Assembly: GCA_010909165.1 (NCBI GenBank)
Contig: MU008172.1
Coordinates: 186,001 to 250,000 of the forward strand
DNA length: 64,000 nt
DNA from: Anthoceros angustus
Taxonomy: Eukaryota > Plantae > Anthocerotophyta
Direction of reading: 5' to 3'
Shown here one piece after another: positions 1 through 9,591 of the stretch. Position numbers and translations under genes: made by a program. The notes under the pieces are model-generated. The model searched no databases, was not told where the DNA came from, and saw only the letters and a list, made by a program, of their open reading frames with translations. The stretch's first letter is position 1. Each line of letters starts with the position of its first letter.

Positions 1-2399
1 TCTGGGCAGAGGCAATAGTGACTGCTACCTACATTCTCAACAGAGTGGTTACCTCTGCTTTGCCTGGATGGACTCCCTATGAGGCCTTTTGGGGCAGAAA
101 ACCCAGTCTGTTACACTTGCGAGTCTTTGGATCACCTGCTTTCGCGTATGTTCCAGAAGCAAAACGCAACAAGTTAGATAACAGGTCTGTCCCTCTTATT
201 TTCCTAGGCTACTCTGAGGAATCAAAGGCCTATAAACTTTATGATAAAGTCACTTCAAAGATTGTTCTTGCTAGGAGCGTGATTGTTAGTGAACTTACCC
301 AATCTCGAGAACTCCCTGAGCATGACCTTCTAGATAGGCAGACCTCAGATCCCACTTCAGCTACTCCTTCTGAAGCTGAAACATCAGGAACCCCAGTTTT
401 TGAAATTGCACCTCATCAATATCCTCAGTCAGATGGGGAAGGACCTACTGCAGAAGATCTGGATGCAGCTGACGAGCAGCATCTGGATGGAGTTGCCCAG
501 CAACCTGAGGACGATCCTCCACCAGCAGCTGATGATGAGATACCTCCTGCACATGCTGTGGGGGAATTTGCAGAGGATCAGGCTTCCTTACATGAATTCG
601 AAGATGTGATCTCTCTGTCTAGTGTTGAAGATGATGCACGATCTGCTCTTTCTGAGGAGCCTGAGCCTGGACCACAACCAGCACCACCTGTGGATCAACA
701 ACCTCGTTATAATTTCAGGGAACGGAGATCTCGAGATCAGTGGTTTGAACCCCCCTACCAATCTTTGGATTTTCGTAGGCCCTCTGTTCAGGTTTCTGAT
801 CTTCATGTACCCGATGTCAGACCTGACCCACAGTCATATGATGAGGCTGTTAACGGACCTGATGGTGACAAATGGAGAATCTCCATCGAGGATGAGTATC
901 AATCTCTTATCAGAAACGGCACATGGGAGCTAGTTGATCTTCCACCTGGCAGAAAACCAATCAGTTGTAAATGGGTCTTTAAAACAAAACTTAAGGCTGA
1001 TGGTACAGTAGCCAGGTATAAGTCCAGACTAGTTGCTCGAGGCTTCAGTCAGATTCCAGGCATAGACTACGGGGACACCTTCTCACCTGTTGTCAAACCA
1101 CCCTCTGTTCGCATTCTCCTTGCTTTGGCAGCCGAGTTTGACTTGGAAGTCCAGCAAATGGATGTTTGTACTGCATTTCTCCATGGTGAGCTTGAAGAGA
1201 TGCTGTACATGGAACAACCTGAGGGGTATATCGATAAAAAATGGGTTAAAAAGGTCTGCAAGTTACTTAAGACTATCTATGGCCTTAAACAGTCCCCTAG
1301 AGCCTGGTACAAGAGAATAATGAAGTACCTTAAGAAGCTAGGGTTTCTTCAGTCTCCTACTGACAGCAATGTCTTTCTTCTCGTTGTTGGAGCACTCTTT
1401 GTTATCTTGGCACTCTATGTGGACGACTGTGTCCTGCTTAGTAATAGCACAGAACAGTTAGCCAAGGTTAAAGACATGCTTCGACAAGAATTTGAAATGA
1501 CTGATCAAGGGGATTTGCAGTTTTGCTTGGGTATACAAATCCTTCGCAACAGGTCAACTGGCACTATTACCTTACATCAGACGAAATACCTTAAGGAGAT
1601 TTTGAAGCGGTTTCATCTTCAGGATGCTCGCCCTATAGCCACTCCCTCGGCAGTAGGGGAAAAGCTGATCTCTGCACAGTCTCCACAAACACAGCGTGAG
1701 ATTGAAGACATGAGCACTGTACCTTATGCCGAGGCAGTGGGCTGTCTGATCTTCCTTGCAAACTGGACTCGCCCCGATATTAGTTATTCAGTGAGCATGG
1801 CGTCCCAGTTTCTCCGACAACCTGGCAGGGCACACTGGGCTGCCGTTAAAAGGATTTATCGGTACCTCAAAGGCACCATCAACTATGGGCTGCAATATTC
1901 CGCCAGTGGGAATAGCTGTATGGTACTTACCTCCTTCGCAGACGCCGACTGGGCTTCTGACGCCGACACCAGAAAGAGTCTCTCGGCTTACTGTTTTCTG
2001 CTATCTTCTGGAGCTGTGAGTTGGGGCTGCAAGAAGCAGGCTTCTCTAGCTCTTTCCTCCACAGAGGCTGAATACAAGGCCTTGACTGATGCTTGTAAGG
2101 AGGCGGAATGGCAGAGGCAGTTCCTGGAGTCTGTACAGCAGCAACAGAAGGAGCCCACTATGTTATACTGCGATAATATGAGCGCAATAGCTCTTGTGGC
2201 AAACCCTAGGTTTCACGCCCGAACTAAGCATATTGAGCTATATCACCACTACATAAGGGATGTGGCTGAGCGAGGGGTCGTGAAGGTAGAGTATGTTAGC
2301 ACACATGATAACACTGCAGATATCTTTACCAAGGGTCTGTCCAAAGTCAAGCATTTCCAGCATCTCGCAGCCCTAGGTCTGCGTGAGTTTGTGCTTTAA
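1..2399 (+). CDS. Ty1/Copia pol polyprotein, 5'-truncated by the window edge: integrase C-terminus, linker, reverse transcriptase, RNase H
   Basis: Uninterrupted 793-aa ORF 18-2399. Motifs: TPYEAFWGRKP..HLRVFGS (integrase tail); NGTWELV, KWVFKTK, YKSRLVARGFSQ, QMDVCTAFLHG, LYGLKQ-like IYGLKQ, LYVDD (RT); FADADWA, SSTEAEY, RTKHIE, ADIFTK (RNase H). INT-RT-RH order is Copia-type. Confidence 0.97.
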   Translation, partial: WAEAIVTATYILNRVVTSALPGWTPYEAFWGRKPSLLHLRVFGSPAFAYVPEAKRNKLDNRSVPLIFLGYSEESKAYKLYDKVTSKIVLARSVIVSELTQSRELPEHDLLDRQTSDPTSATPSEAETSGTPVFEIAPHQYPQSDGEGPTAEDLDAADEQHLDGVAQQPEDDPPPAADDEIPPAHAVGEFAEDQASLHEFEDVISLSSVEDDARSALSEEPEPGPQPAPPVDQQPRYNFRERRSRDQWFEPPYQSLDFRRPSVQVSDLHVPDVRPDPQSYDEAVNGPDGDKWRISIEDEYQSLIRNGTWELVDLPPGRKPISCKWVFKTKLKADGTVARYKSRLVARGFSQIPGIDYGDTFSPVVKPPSVRILLALAAEFDLEVQQMDVCTAFLHGELEEMLYMEQPEGYIDKKWVKKVCKLLKTIYGLKQSPRAWYKRIMKYLKKLGFLQSPTDSNVFLLVVGALFVILALYVDDCVLLSNSTEQLAKVKDMLRQEFEMTDQGDLQFCLGIQILRNRSTGTITLHQTKYLKEILKRFHLQDARPIATPSAVGEKLISAQSPQTQREIEDMSTVPYAEAVGCLIFLANWTRPDISYSVSMASQFLRQPGRAHWAAVKRIYRYLKGTINYGLQYSASGNSCMVLTSFADADWASDADTRKSLSAYCFLLSSGAVSWGCKKQASLALSSTEAEYKALTDACKEAEWQRQFLESVQQQQKEPTMLYCDNMSAIALVANPRFHARTKHIELYHHYIRDVAERGVVKVEYVSTHDNTADIFTKGLSKVKHFQHLAALGLREFVL

Positions 2400-2626
2400 C
2401 TAGTAGTCTGAAGGCAATTGTCTGAGCAGGAATTGAAATGGGACTAGCTCTAGCCTGTCTACTGATACCTATCCTGTGCACACTTCACAGCTAAACCTGG
2501 TGTGCAGGGTTCTTCAGTCTTCAGCCTTTGTCTTCCCACCATGGCCGGGGCTCAAAGCCTTCCTGTTCAGATTTCCACTCAGGCCTTCTGTTAGTGTAGT
2601 TGTCACTTAGCTCAGTGGATGAAGCT

Positions 2627-3240
2627 CTATTTCTGATCAAACCGTGAGTAGGTGACAATAATGCTAAGCCAGAACGTACATACCTCATACAGTTTCTTCC
2701 TGCAGTCCCGTGTTTCCTTCTCAGCTCCACTCTTCTCCTGAGCTATAGGCTTACTCTGGGCAGCAGCTTTTGCAATTAACTCAGCCTGCTGCCTAGCCAC
2801 TTCTTCGCGCTTCAGGTCAACCAGCTTCTCAACCTCCGCCAGCGTGGCCATAGCTGTCTTCATATACTCCGACAATTCCTGAGTTTTGGAAGACACAGGG
2901 TGTGGCTCACTCAGGCGTAAGGGTTGGCTGTCCACCTCGTCCTCCTCGTCAGTGCTGTTGGGGACAGGGTCGATAGTTGTGACACTGGCGACTGAAGGGC
3001 TCAGTGACTCTGAAGATTCAAGCTCCACCACAGGGATCTGGTTGATGAATCCAGGGCGCAGGGCAGGCGGGGGTACGTCCTCGGAGGGATTCACGTCAGG
3101 AGCTTGGACAGCTTCCCTGACCGTGATCTCCCTCGCGAGGGACGATTCCTCCGCTGGCTGGTCCTCTTCATCTTCCTGGGCTTTGTGTTGTGGCTGTATC
3201 CTCCGTCTTCACCGAGCTGAACCCCAGACCGAGTCTTCAT
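2627..3240 (-). CDS. Antisense ORF between pol stop and PPT, acidic then coiled-coil; probably one frameshift near the 5' end
   Basis: ORF 2627-3094 stays open upstream to about 3205 (RRRIQPQHKAQEDEEDQ...). ATG at 3240 starts MKTRSGVQLG one base out of frame. The C-terminal part is heptad-like (ELSEYMKTAMATLAEVEKLVDLKREEVARQQAELIAKAAA). Confidence 0.5.
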
Positions 3241-3406
3241 CTTATGCAGTGCTGTGGCTCTCCCACACAGGAAGCAAGCGCAGCATATGAAGGCAAGGAT
3301 CCGGAGTTCCATGAGAGCGGGGGTAATGGGTAGATTAGCTGAGGCGTAATGTCTGGGCTGTGGGTGGTACTCAATGGGAATCGTTGTTTTTAAACCAGTT
3401 AGGTCT

Positions 3407-3566
3407 AAGAGGGGGTGTTGAGGGTTATGTTTAACCCTACCTGGTTTAGGTTACCAGGGTTTATACAACCCTAACTCAAGAGACACAATTTTGTTCTTAT
3501 ATACTCTTGTTTAACATTAATTGCATTGTATCATTTTACAAAATATCAGCTTCCGCTAGTTTAACA
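3407..3566 (+). mobile_element. Polypurine tract (3407-3415) and short 3' LTR (3416-3566, 151 bp) of the Copia element
   Basis: AAGAGGGGG followed directly by TGTTG...TTAACA (TG...CA ends), downstream of pol. The 5' LTR lies outside the window, so the LTR end is inferred. Confidence 0.75.
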
Positions 3567-3611
3567 CTGGCTCTCACCCGAGCGACCCGGGTTCGAGTCC
3601 CGGCAACGGAA
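3567..3611 (+). pseudogene. 3' half of a tRNA-Glu(CTC) gene, interrupted by the Copia insertion
   Basis: ctggCT-CTC-ACccgag cgac ccggGTTCGAGTccgg-type T arm (B box GGTTCGAGTCC) and caacgga acceptor strand, matching plant tRNA-Glu. The D arm and A box are absent; the LTR sits in their place. Confidence 0.85.
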
Positions 3612-3677
3612 CTCTAGCATTTAACAACCTTATACTATCTTCTAGGGAAAACTCGTGCGGCGCTTTTTTCTCTGCAT

Positions 3678-3860
3678 GTTTGATCACATGTTGTCCTTGC
3701 TCGGCCCGTGTAACTTTTATCTCAAACCTTTGCCTTTTATTTTCCCTGTTTTTGTTTCTCTAGTCCAGTTTGATCACATGCTGTCCTTGCTCGGCCCGTG
3801 TAACTTTTATCTCAAACCTTCGCCTTTTATTTTCCTTGTTTTTGTTTCTCTAGTCCAGTT
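3678..3860. repeat. 90-bp tandem duplication (2 copies); related sequence recurs split around the TIR element at about 5610-5641 and 7297-7410
   Basis: gtttgatcacatg..gtccttgctcggcccgtgtaactttta... starts at 3678 and at 3768. Confidence 0.9.
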
Positions 3861-3920
3861 CTCTTTCACGTATGTTTGTGTACACCCTCCTTCATCCAAG
3901 TTACGGCTGCACTTGGAGCT

Positions 3921-5004
3921 GGACCCATGCCAAACGTCTCAAGATTCAAAAGATGCAAAAGGTTCTCACTACTAGTTCAAAGTTTTAACCACTAGAAAAA
4001 AGATGAGGGCTAAGTAAAGATAAGAATATATCCACATTAGGGAGGCGCACAAAAAGGATTGAAAACATGGAAAGGAACCCTTTAAAACAATAAAAATATC
4101 AAAAAATACTAAAAATTTCAAAAAATATCAAAATTTCAGTGCAAGTGCACGCACTTGCCTCAAAAAATTGGAATTTTCTGGGACTTTTTTCAGATTTTTT
4201 AGATTTTTTGCTCTTTTTTTGTTAGGATGAACTGCATGGGAATGCACTAGGCCCCTGGTGCGCAAGTGGGCGCACACTTGCCCCCTCGGTGCGCAAGATT
4301 TCAGGAAGCTTGCGCGTGCCCCCGCCCCTAGTGCACGCACTTGTTCACCCAGCTAGGCCTCCCTGGCATGTTTGATGACAACCCGGTACTAGGTCACCAC
4401 CGACACAGATGGAAACACCGTAAAGGATAAAAAGGGGATAGGGTGTTCTTCGTCGCATTAGGGCATATGATAGATATATGAGAGCGGTCTAGGTGAACCT
4501 CCGCCGATGTCTGCTTCTTGTTATTTCGTCGGGAGTTCTGGCACATCCTCAGACCTCCAAAAGGACATGTTTCCCCATTAGAAGATCATTTTTCGCGTTC
4601 GTTTTGCACAGTGCGCGCACAAGTTTGCGCATAGCATTGTACCAAGTGCGCATTTGTGCGCACCTAGGCCCTTTGGAATACACAAACATATAGAACCACA
4701 CAAAATGCAGAAACTACGGACATGACGAAATTATGGAACAATGAGGTCACTGACCCTTCATCACGCTAACTAAATCACCATGAATCTGATTAGAAGGCGC
4801 CAGCTCGGTGTAAATGACTTGACAAGAAGTGGCACCGAAGCTGAGAATGCCAGAAACCGATGGATGAACACCTACAAAAAAACAACAAAAACCAAATCAA
4901 CTTGAGTTTTTTCGGCGAAATAGGATTGGGATTTTTACCAAAACCCCTTTTGATAGGAAAAACCCCTTTTGACAGGAGAAACCCCTTTCTACACAGACGT
5001 TGTT
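3921..5004. mobile_element. Left-truncated copy of the AACAG-TIR non-autonomous DNA transposon
   Basis: Co-linear with about 6182-7296 (caagattcaaaagatgcaaaaggttctcactactagttcaaag...). Ends in the right TIR cccctttctacacagacgttgtt followed by a G run. Confidence 0.8.
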
Positions 5005-5450
5005 GGGGGATCTAGAGTGGAATTTCTTCCAGAAGGTAGAGCTACCAGGAGACGTCTGTAAGAGGGAGGTGAGACGGTTGTATTCGATTTGGAAGAACTG
5101 AGCCTTTTTCATGGAGAGGAAGGTCTTGTAAGGCTTTATAGTGGCTTTATAGAGAGGAGAGTGGTGAGACCCGGGTGGAAGTTGGAGTTGGCGGAGAGTT
5201 TGGTGCAATTGGAAGCGCATGCGCTTACAATCAGCATCAAATCAGGGGTGGCGGGGAGCAGTATTTTGTGGGGTGGAGGGAGGTTAAATTTGAATGGAAA
5301 GGTAGACCTGGCGAAGGAAAGAACAGCCGAGGAAGAGGTGAAGGCCATCGAGAGGAAGGGAAGGTCCTGTGGAATTGACATCAACTCCGGGTTGAGACTG
5401 ACTGCTGGCTAGACCAGTCCCTCCTCAGGGAGACCACGTTTGCAGGCTTT
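5005..5450 (-). mobile_element. Degenerate non-LTR (LINE-like) fragment from the endonuclease-RT linker
   Basis: Minus-strand frames give ...YNRLTSLLQTSPGSSTFWKKFH, resembling the post-endonuclease FW(K) motif of LINE ORF2. No RT motifs are present. Confidence 0.4.
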
Positions 5451-5641
5451 GCTCTTCTACTACAAAATGCGAAATGCACTTTTTATTTTATTTCTCTGCT
5501 TTTAATGACATCCAGGCCAAATACTCTATCCTTCTTTAGTGTGCAAGTTTTTTCTACGACGCTTTTTTCCTTTCATATTCCCAAGCTCTCTGCTCTGTCT
5601 TTTTGAGATGCTGGATCACAGGCTGTCCTTGCTTAGCCCCC

Positions 5642-7296
5642 AACAGCGTCTGTTTAGAAAGGGGTTTCTCCTGAAACCCCTTTTTGCACACGGATGTGGC
5701 CGGACCCCTTTTTGCACTTGAAAAAATCCGCACTATAATCAGCCTTTTTGGTATTTCTCTGCAGACATGTCACCCGCAACCTTTTGAATAATTGTTTTGA
5801 TACACGTTATTTGAGATTGTAGATTGCAAGTACGTGGCAAAAACCTAAAGTCCCATTCTCGTTCGGCTTTTTCTTTCAAACTGGACACAGAATTCGCGCA
5901 AACTTATGCGCGCACTTACATCTAAAGTTTCCAACATCCGGCAATCATTGCCAGGTGTTGGACGTATACAAACGTTTAGAGTTTTTAGGGCTTGCTTATT
6001 CCGGTGCGCAAACTTGTTTGCGCACCAACCTTTCATTCATACCACTCAATCCTAAGACTATACTCGCCTCGAGAATTTTACAGACTTTGTTTCTTAGACA
6101 TTGGGACAATAATATCTTCGTTGACCGATATTCTTGATCCACATGCAAGGCGAGAATGAGAGTGGCATGGTCCAGACGCATGGGCCCACGCCAAACGCCT
6201 CAAGATTCAAAAGATGCAAAAGGTTCTCACTACTAGTTCAAAGTTTTAACCACTAGAAAAAGATGAGGGTTAAGTAAAGATAAGAACATATCCACATTAG
6301 GGAGGTGCACAAAAAGGTTGAAAAGCGTCGAAAGGAACCCTTTAAAACAACAAAATATCAAAACAAATACAAAATAATTCAAAATTTTAGGCAAGTGCGA
6401 CTTGCCTCAAAAACTGGACTTTTTGTGATTTTTAGGGTTTTAAGGGTTTTTAGACTTTTGCTCTTTTTCTTTGGATGAACAGAGGAATGCACTAGGAGGC
6501 ATGAACCATATGGGTTCATGCTCCTAGGCCCTTCTTGACCTTGGTGCGTGCACTTGTGTGCACACAGGCCTCCTGCCCCACAGTGCGCGCACAAGCACCT
6601 GCCCCTGCCCAGGCCTGCCCCACAGTGCGCGCACTTATGCGCGCCTAGGCCCCCCGGTACATGCACTTGTTCACCCACCGGGCCCCTAGCATGTTTGATG
6701 ATAACCCGGTACTAGGTCACCGCCGAAAGAGACGGAAACACCGTAAAGGATAAAAAGGGGATAGGGTGTTCTTCGTCGCATTAGGGCATAGGATAGATAT
6801 ATGAGAGCGGTCTAGGTGAACCTCCGCCGATGTCTACTACTTGTTATTTTGTTGGGAGTTCCGGCACATCCTCAGACCTCCAAAAGGACATGTTTCCCCA
6901 TTAGAAGATTATTTTTCGCGTTCTTTTTGCACAGTGCGTGCACAAGTTTGCGCATAGCGTTGTTTAGACGCGCACTTATGCGCGCCTAGGCCCCCCTGGT
7001 ATACAAAAACATACAAAACCACACAAAATGCAGAAACTACGGACATGACGAAATTATGGAACAATGAGGTCACTAGCCCTTCATCACACCGACTAAATCG
7101 CCATGAACCTGAGTACAAGGCGCCAATGCGGTGTAAATGACTCGACAGGAAGTGGTGCCGGAGCCGAGAATGCCCGAAACCGATGGATGAACACCTACAA
7201 AACCAACAAAACCAAACCAACGGGCTCGAAATAGGGTTGGGATTTTTTCCAAAACCCCTTTTGACAGGAGAAACCCCTTTCTAAACAGACGCTGTT
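5642..7296. mobile_element. Complete non-autonomous TIR DNA transposon (1655 bp), 32-bp perfect TIRs, probable 4-bp TSD CCCC
   Basis: Left end AACAGCGTCTGTTTAGAAAGGGGTTTCTCCTG (5642-5673) is the exact reverse complement of 7265-7296. CCCC flanks both sides. Removing the element restores a sequence resembling the unoccupied paralogous site at about 3693-3716. Confidence 0.9.
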
Positions 7297-7489
7297 CCCC
7301 TGTAACTTTCATGTCTTTCCTCTGCCTTTTATTCTCCCTGTTTTTGTTTCTCTAGTTCAGACGTACGTATATGTACACCTTCCTTCATCCAATTTACGGC
7401 TGTACAAGTTGTGTCCCATAGTGGTTCTTCCACCCTAGTGGACATAAATCAAGTTGTTGTTGTTGTTCGTCCTTATTGGACTTAAAATA

Positions 7490-7560
7490 AATGTTGTGGT
7501 AGGCGGTTAGGATACCCGGCTCTCACTTGAGTGACCCCGATTTGGAGTCCCTGCAATGTT
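7490..7560 (+). pseudogene. Degenerate tRNA-Glu(CTC) pseudogene
   Basis: gttgtggtaggcggttaggatacccggCTCTCACttgagtgaccccgatttggagtccctgcaatg aligns end to end with tRNA-Glu. The anticodon stem, T arm/B box and acceptor stem carry mismatches. Confidence 0.75.
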
Positions 7561-7673
7561 GTTTACCATTTTCCGATACTCCTCATCATTCTATTCACCC
7601 TCCTTCCAAGCGGAACCAGGTCTGTGACACCTCCCCATCATCGATTTGGAAATGTAAATCCACAATTGCTAGG

Positions 7674-7878
7674 ATATCCAAAGCCACAATGGCAATTTAC
7701 GTGGAACCACAACTACCAGCATATCCAAAGCCACAATGGCAATTTACGTGGAACCACAACTACCAGCATATCCAAAGCCACAATGACAATTTACGTGGAA
7801 CCACAACTACCAGCATATCCAAAGCCACAATGGCAATTTTTATGGAACCACAACTACCAGCATATCCAAAGCCACAAT
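7674..7878. repeat. 47-bp minisatellite, about 4.4 copies
   Basis: Unit atatccaaagccacaatggcaatttacgtggaaccacaactaccagc starts at 7674, 7721, 7768 and 7815, with a partial copy at 7862. No spacers. Confidence 0.95.
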
Positions 7879-7937
7879 TGTCAGGTAGCACAGCAGTAGC
7901 AGCGTATGCCATAGCTGCTCTCTAGCTAGTCCTACTA

Positions 7938-7980
7938 GTGAAGAGTAGGTTATACTCAGTGAGTATAACCTACTCTTCAC
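7938..7980. repeat. 43-bp palindrome (21-bp arms, 1 central base) inside the first copy of an approximately 120-bp direct duplication
   Basis: GTGAAGAGTAGGTTATACTCA-G-TGAGTATAACCTACTCTTCAC. The second copy (about 8051-8130) has only one arm. Confidence 0.95.
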
Positions 7981-8278
7981 CAAGGAGTGACACTTCTATC
8001 ACCTCACACATGCACAATGTCAACATCCGTTGCGTAGGCCATAACTGCTTTCTAGCTGGTCCTACCGGTGAAGAGTAGGTTATACTCACTCCTATCACCT
8101 CACAACATGCACATTGTCAACACCCGTTACAAAACCAGAGCTAGTGCTGGAAACGTAAAAGAGAGCTCACTCATGTCACAACACAAAACCAAGCGTGAAA
8201 GAGATAAAGAGACAAGCAATCACGTTACCTCAACCCTTCGCCCCAATGCTTCTTTGGCAAATTTGTTGACCCTTGCGT

Positions 8279-8354
8279 GGCTTTGGTTTATCATGAATTC
8301 ATGGAAAGACAGGTGCGGCTTTGGTTTATCATGAATTCATGGAAAGACAGGTGC
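8279..8354. repeat. 38-bp tandem duplication
   Basis: ggctttggtttatcatgaattcatggaaagacaggtgc twice. Confidence 0.9.
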
Positions 8355-8625
8355 AACGCTCAGTTGCACAGAAGCCATGTGTTGTGCAACAGCAGTGAGG
8401 GCCCGGAGGGCCCGGACCGCTGCCTTTGCAAACTCTTGTCCAGGTCAGGTCAATCACCCGCTGTATGTGTGTGGTAGGCAAGGCATTGATTTTCGGAAAG
8501 CCTAAGCTTCAGTTGACTGCCGTGAAGTGGTGGTCTAATCCAATGACGGGCAAGGCTGGTACTGGTACATAATCTCCGCCGGTCTTGAGTCAAATTTATC
8601 GTCAGTGTCCAGCGGCCATGGTCTA

Positions 8626-9369
8626 CAGTCAGACCCCTCTAATTGGGAACAATTGGGAGTAGCAAAAATCGTCCCATTTAGAGGGGTTCCCGTTTAGGCA
8701 TTTTCATCTTTTTTGAAAATAAAAATATTTAAAAAAATCAAAAATTCTTTAAATCAAAAATTCGAAAGAGCTTAAAAGCTTCCAAAAAATCCAAAAAATC
8801 CAAAAAATCCAAAATGCTCCCTCATACTACATAGCTGCCAACTTAATTCTAGTTTGCCAGGTTAAAATAATCATCAATTCTTGATTGATGCTGAGTTGTT
8901 TTCATCCAATGACTAGCAATATGTTTTTCCAACTGAGAATGCAACTTCAAAGCATCAAGAGTGTTATGTGGCATCTCTTCCAAAAACATCTTCGCTATCC
9001 TCACAGCATTATCTACATCATCCTTTGTCGTACGCGGTCTTGGCGCTATGGTCTCCACCGACGCTGTATCATTCTCCTCACCCTCCTCATTGATAGGCGG
9101 AGGAATTAATGCTTGCCATATTTCATCCTCTGTACGAATATACGTAATCTCGATAAGACGATTTCCTCAATTTTTCTATTTTTAAAAAAAAATATGTATT
9201 TTCCCTTTTACAGAGGTGTACTTGCATTGAATGTTTGGAAGACATGTTCCCATTTACAAATTAGAGGGGTTTCCCATTTAGCATGTAGCACATTCAAGGG
9301 AGTAAGCCCGGGCGTCCCATTTAAAGGGGGTTCCCATTTATAAGGGTCCCAATTAGAGGGGTTTGACTG
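8626..9369 (-). mobile_element. Tc1/mariner-superfamily (pogo-like) deletion derivative, 744 bp, TA TSD
   Basis: TA|CAGTCAGACCCCTCTAATTGGGA ... TCCCAATTAGAGGGGTTTGACTG|TA (1 mismatch in 23). Internal TCCCATTT-type subterminal repeats. Minus ORF 8849-9058 ends ...TTQHQSRIDDYF, like pogo-type transposase C-termini. Confidence 0.85.
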
Positions 9370-9591
9370 TAGTCTGCTTAACCGACCTGATCACCCGTAC
9401 GCGCTTTGAGCTAAGTATTTATACCGACTCGTGGATTATGATCGAGCAAGAGTCAGCATCATCTCCAGGAGTTGCACCGCCATGCCACTTACGTCGACGA
9501 GTGCTGCGCCACGCTCTCCCCTCATCACAGGCAATCATCTTGATTGAGGCGTCCCAGAAAGATATAGGCCGGTCCGGCGTGCTCATCAGAG

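Noticed and set aside
4000-4210. A/T-rich runs as terminators or promoters
   Set aside because: They are internal to the duplicated TIR element and have no independent support.
7674-7878. 47-bp repeat array as a CRISPR
   Set aside because: Units abut with no unique spacers, there are no cas genes, and the context is eukaryotic; it is a minisatellite.
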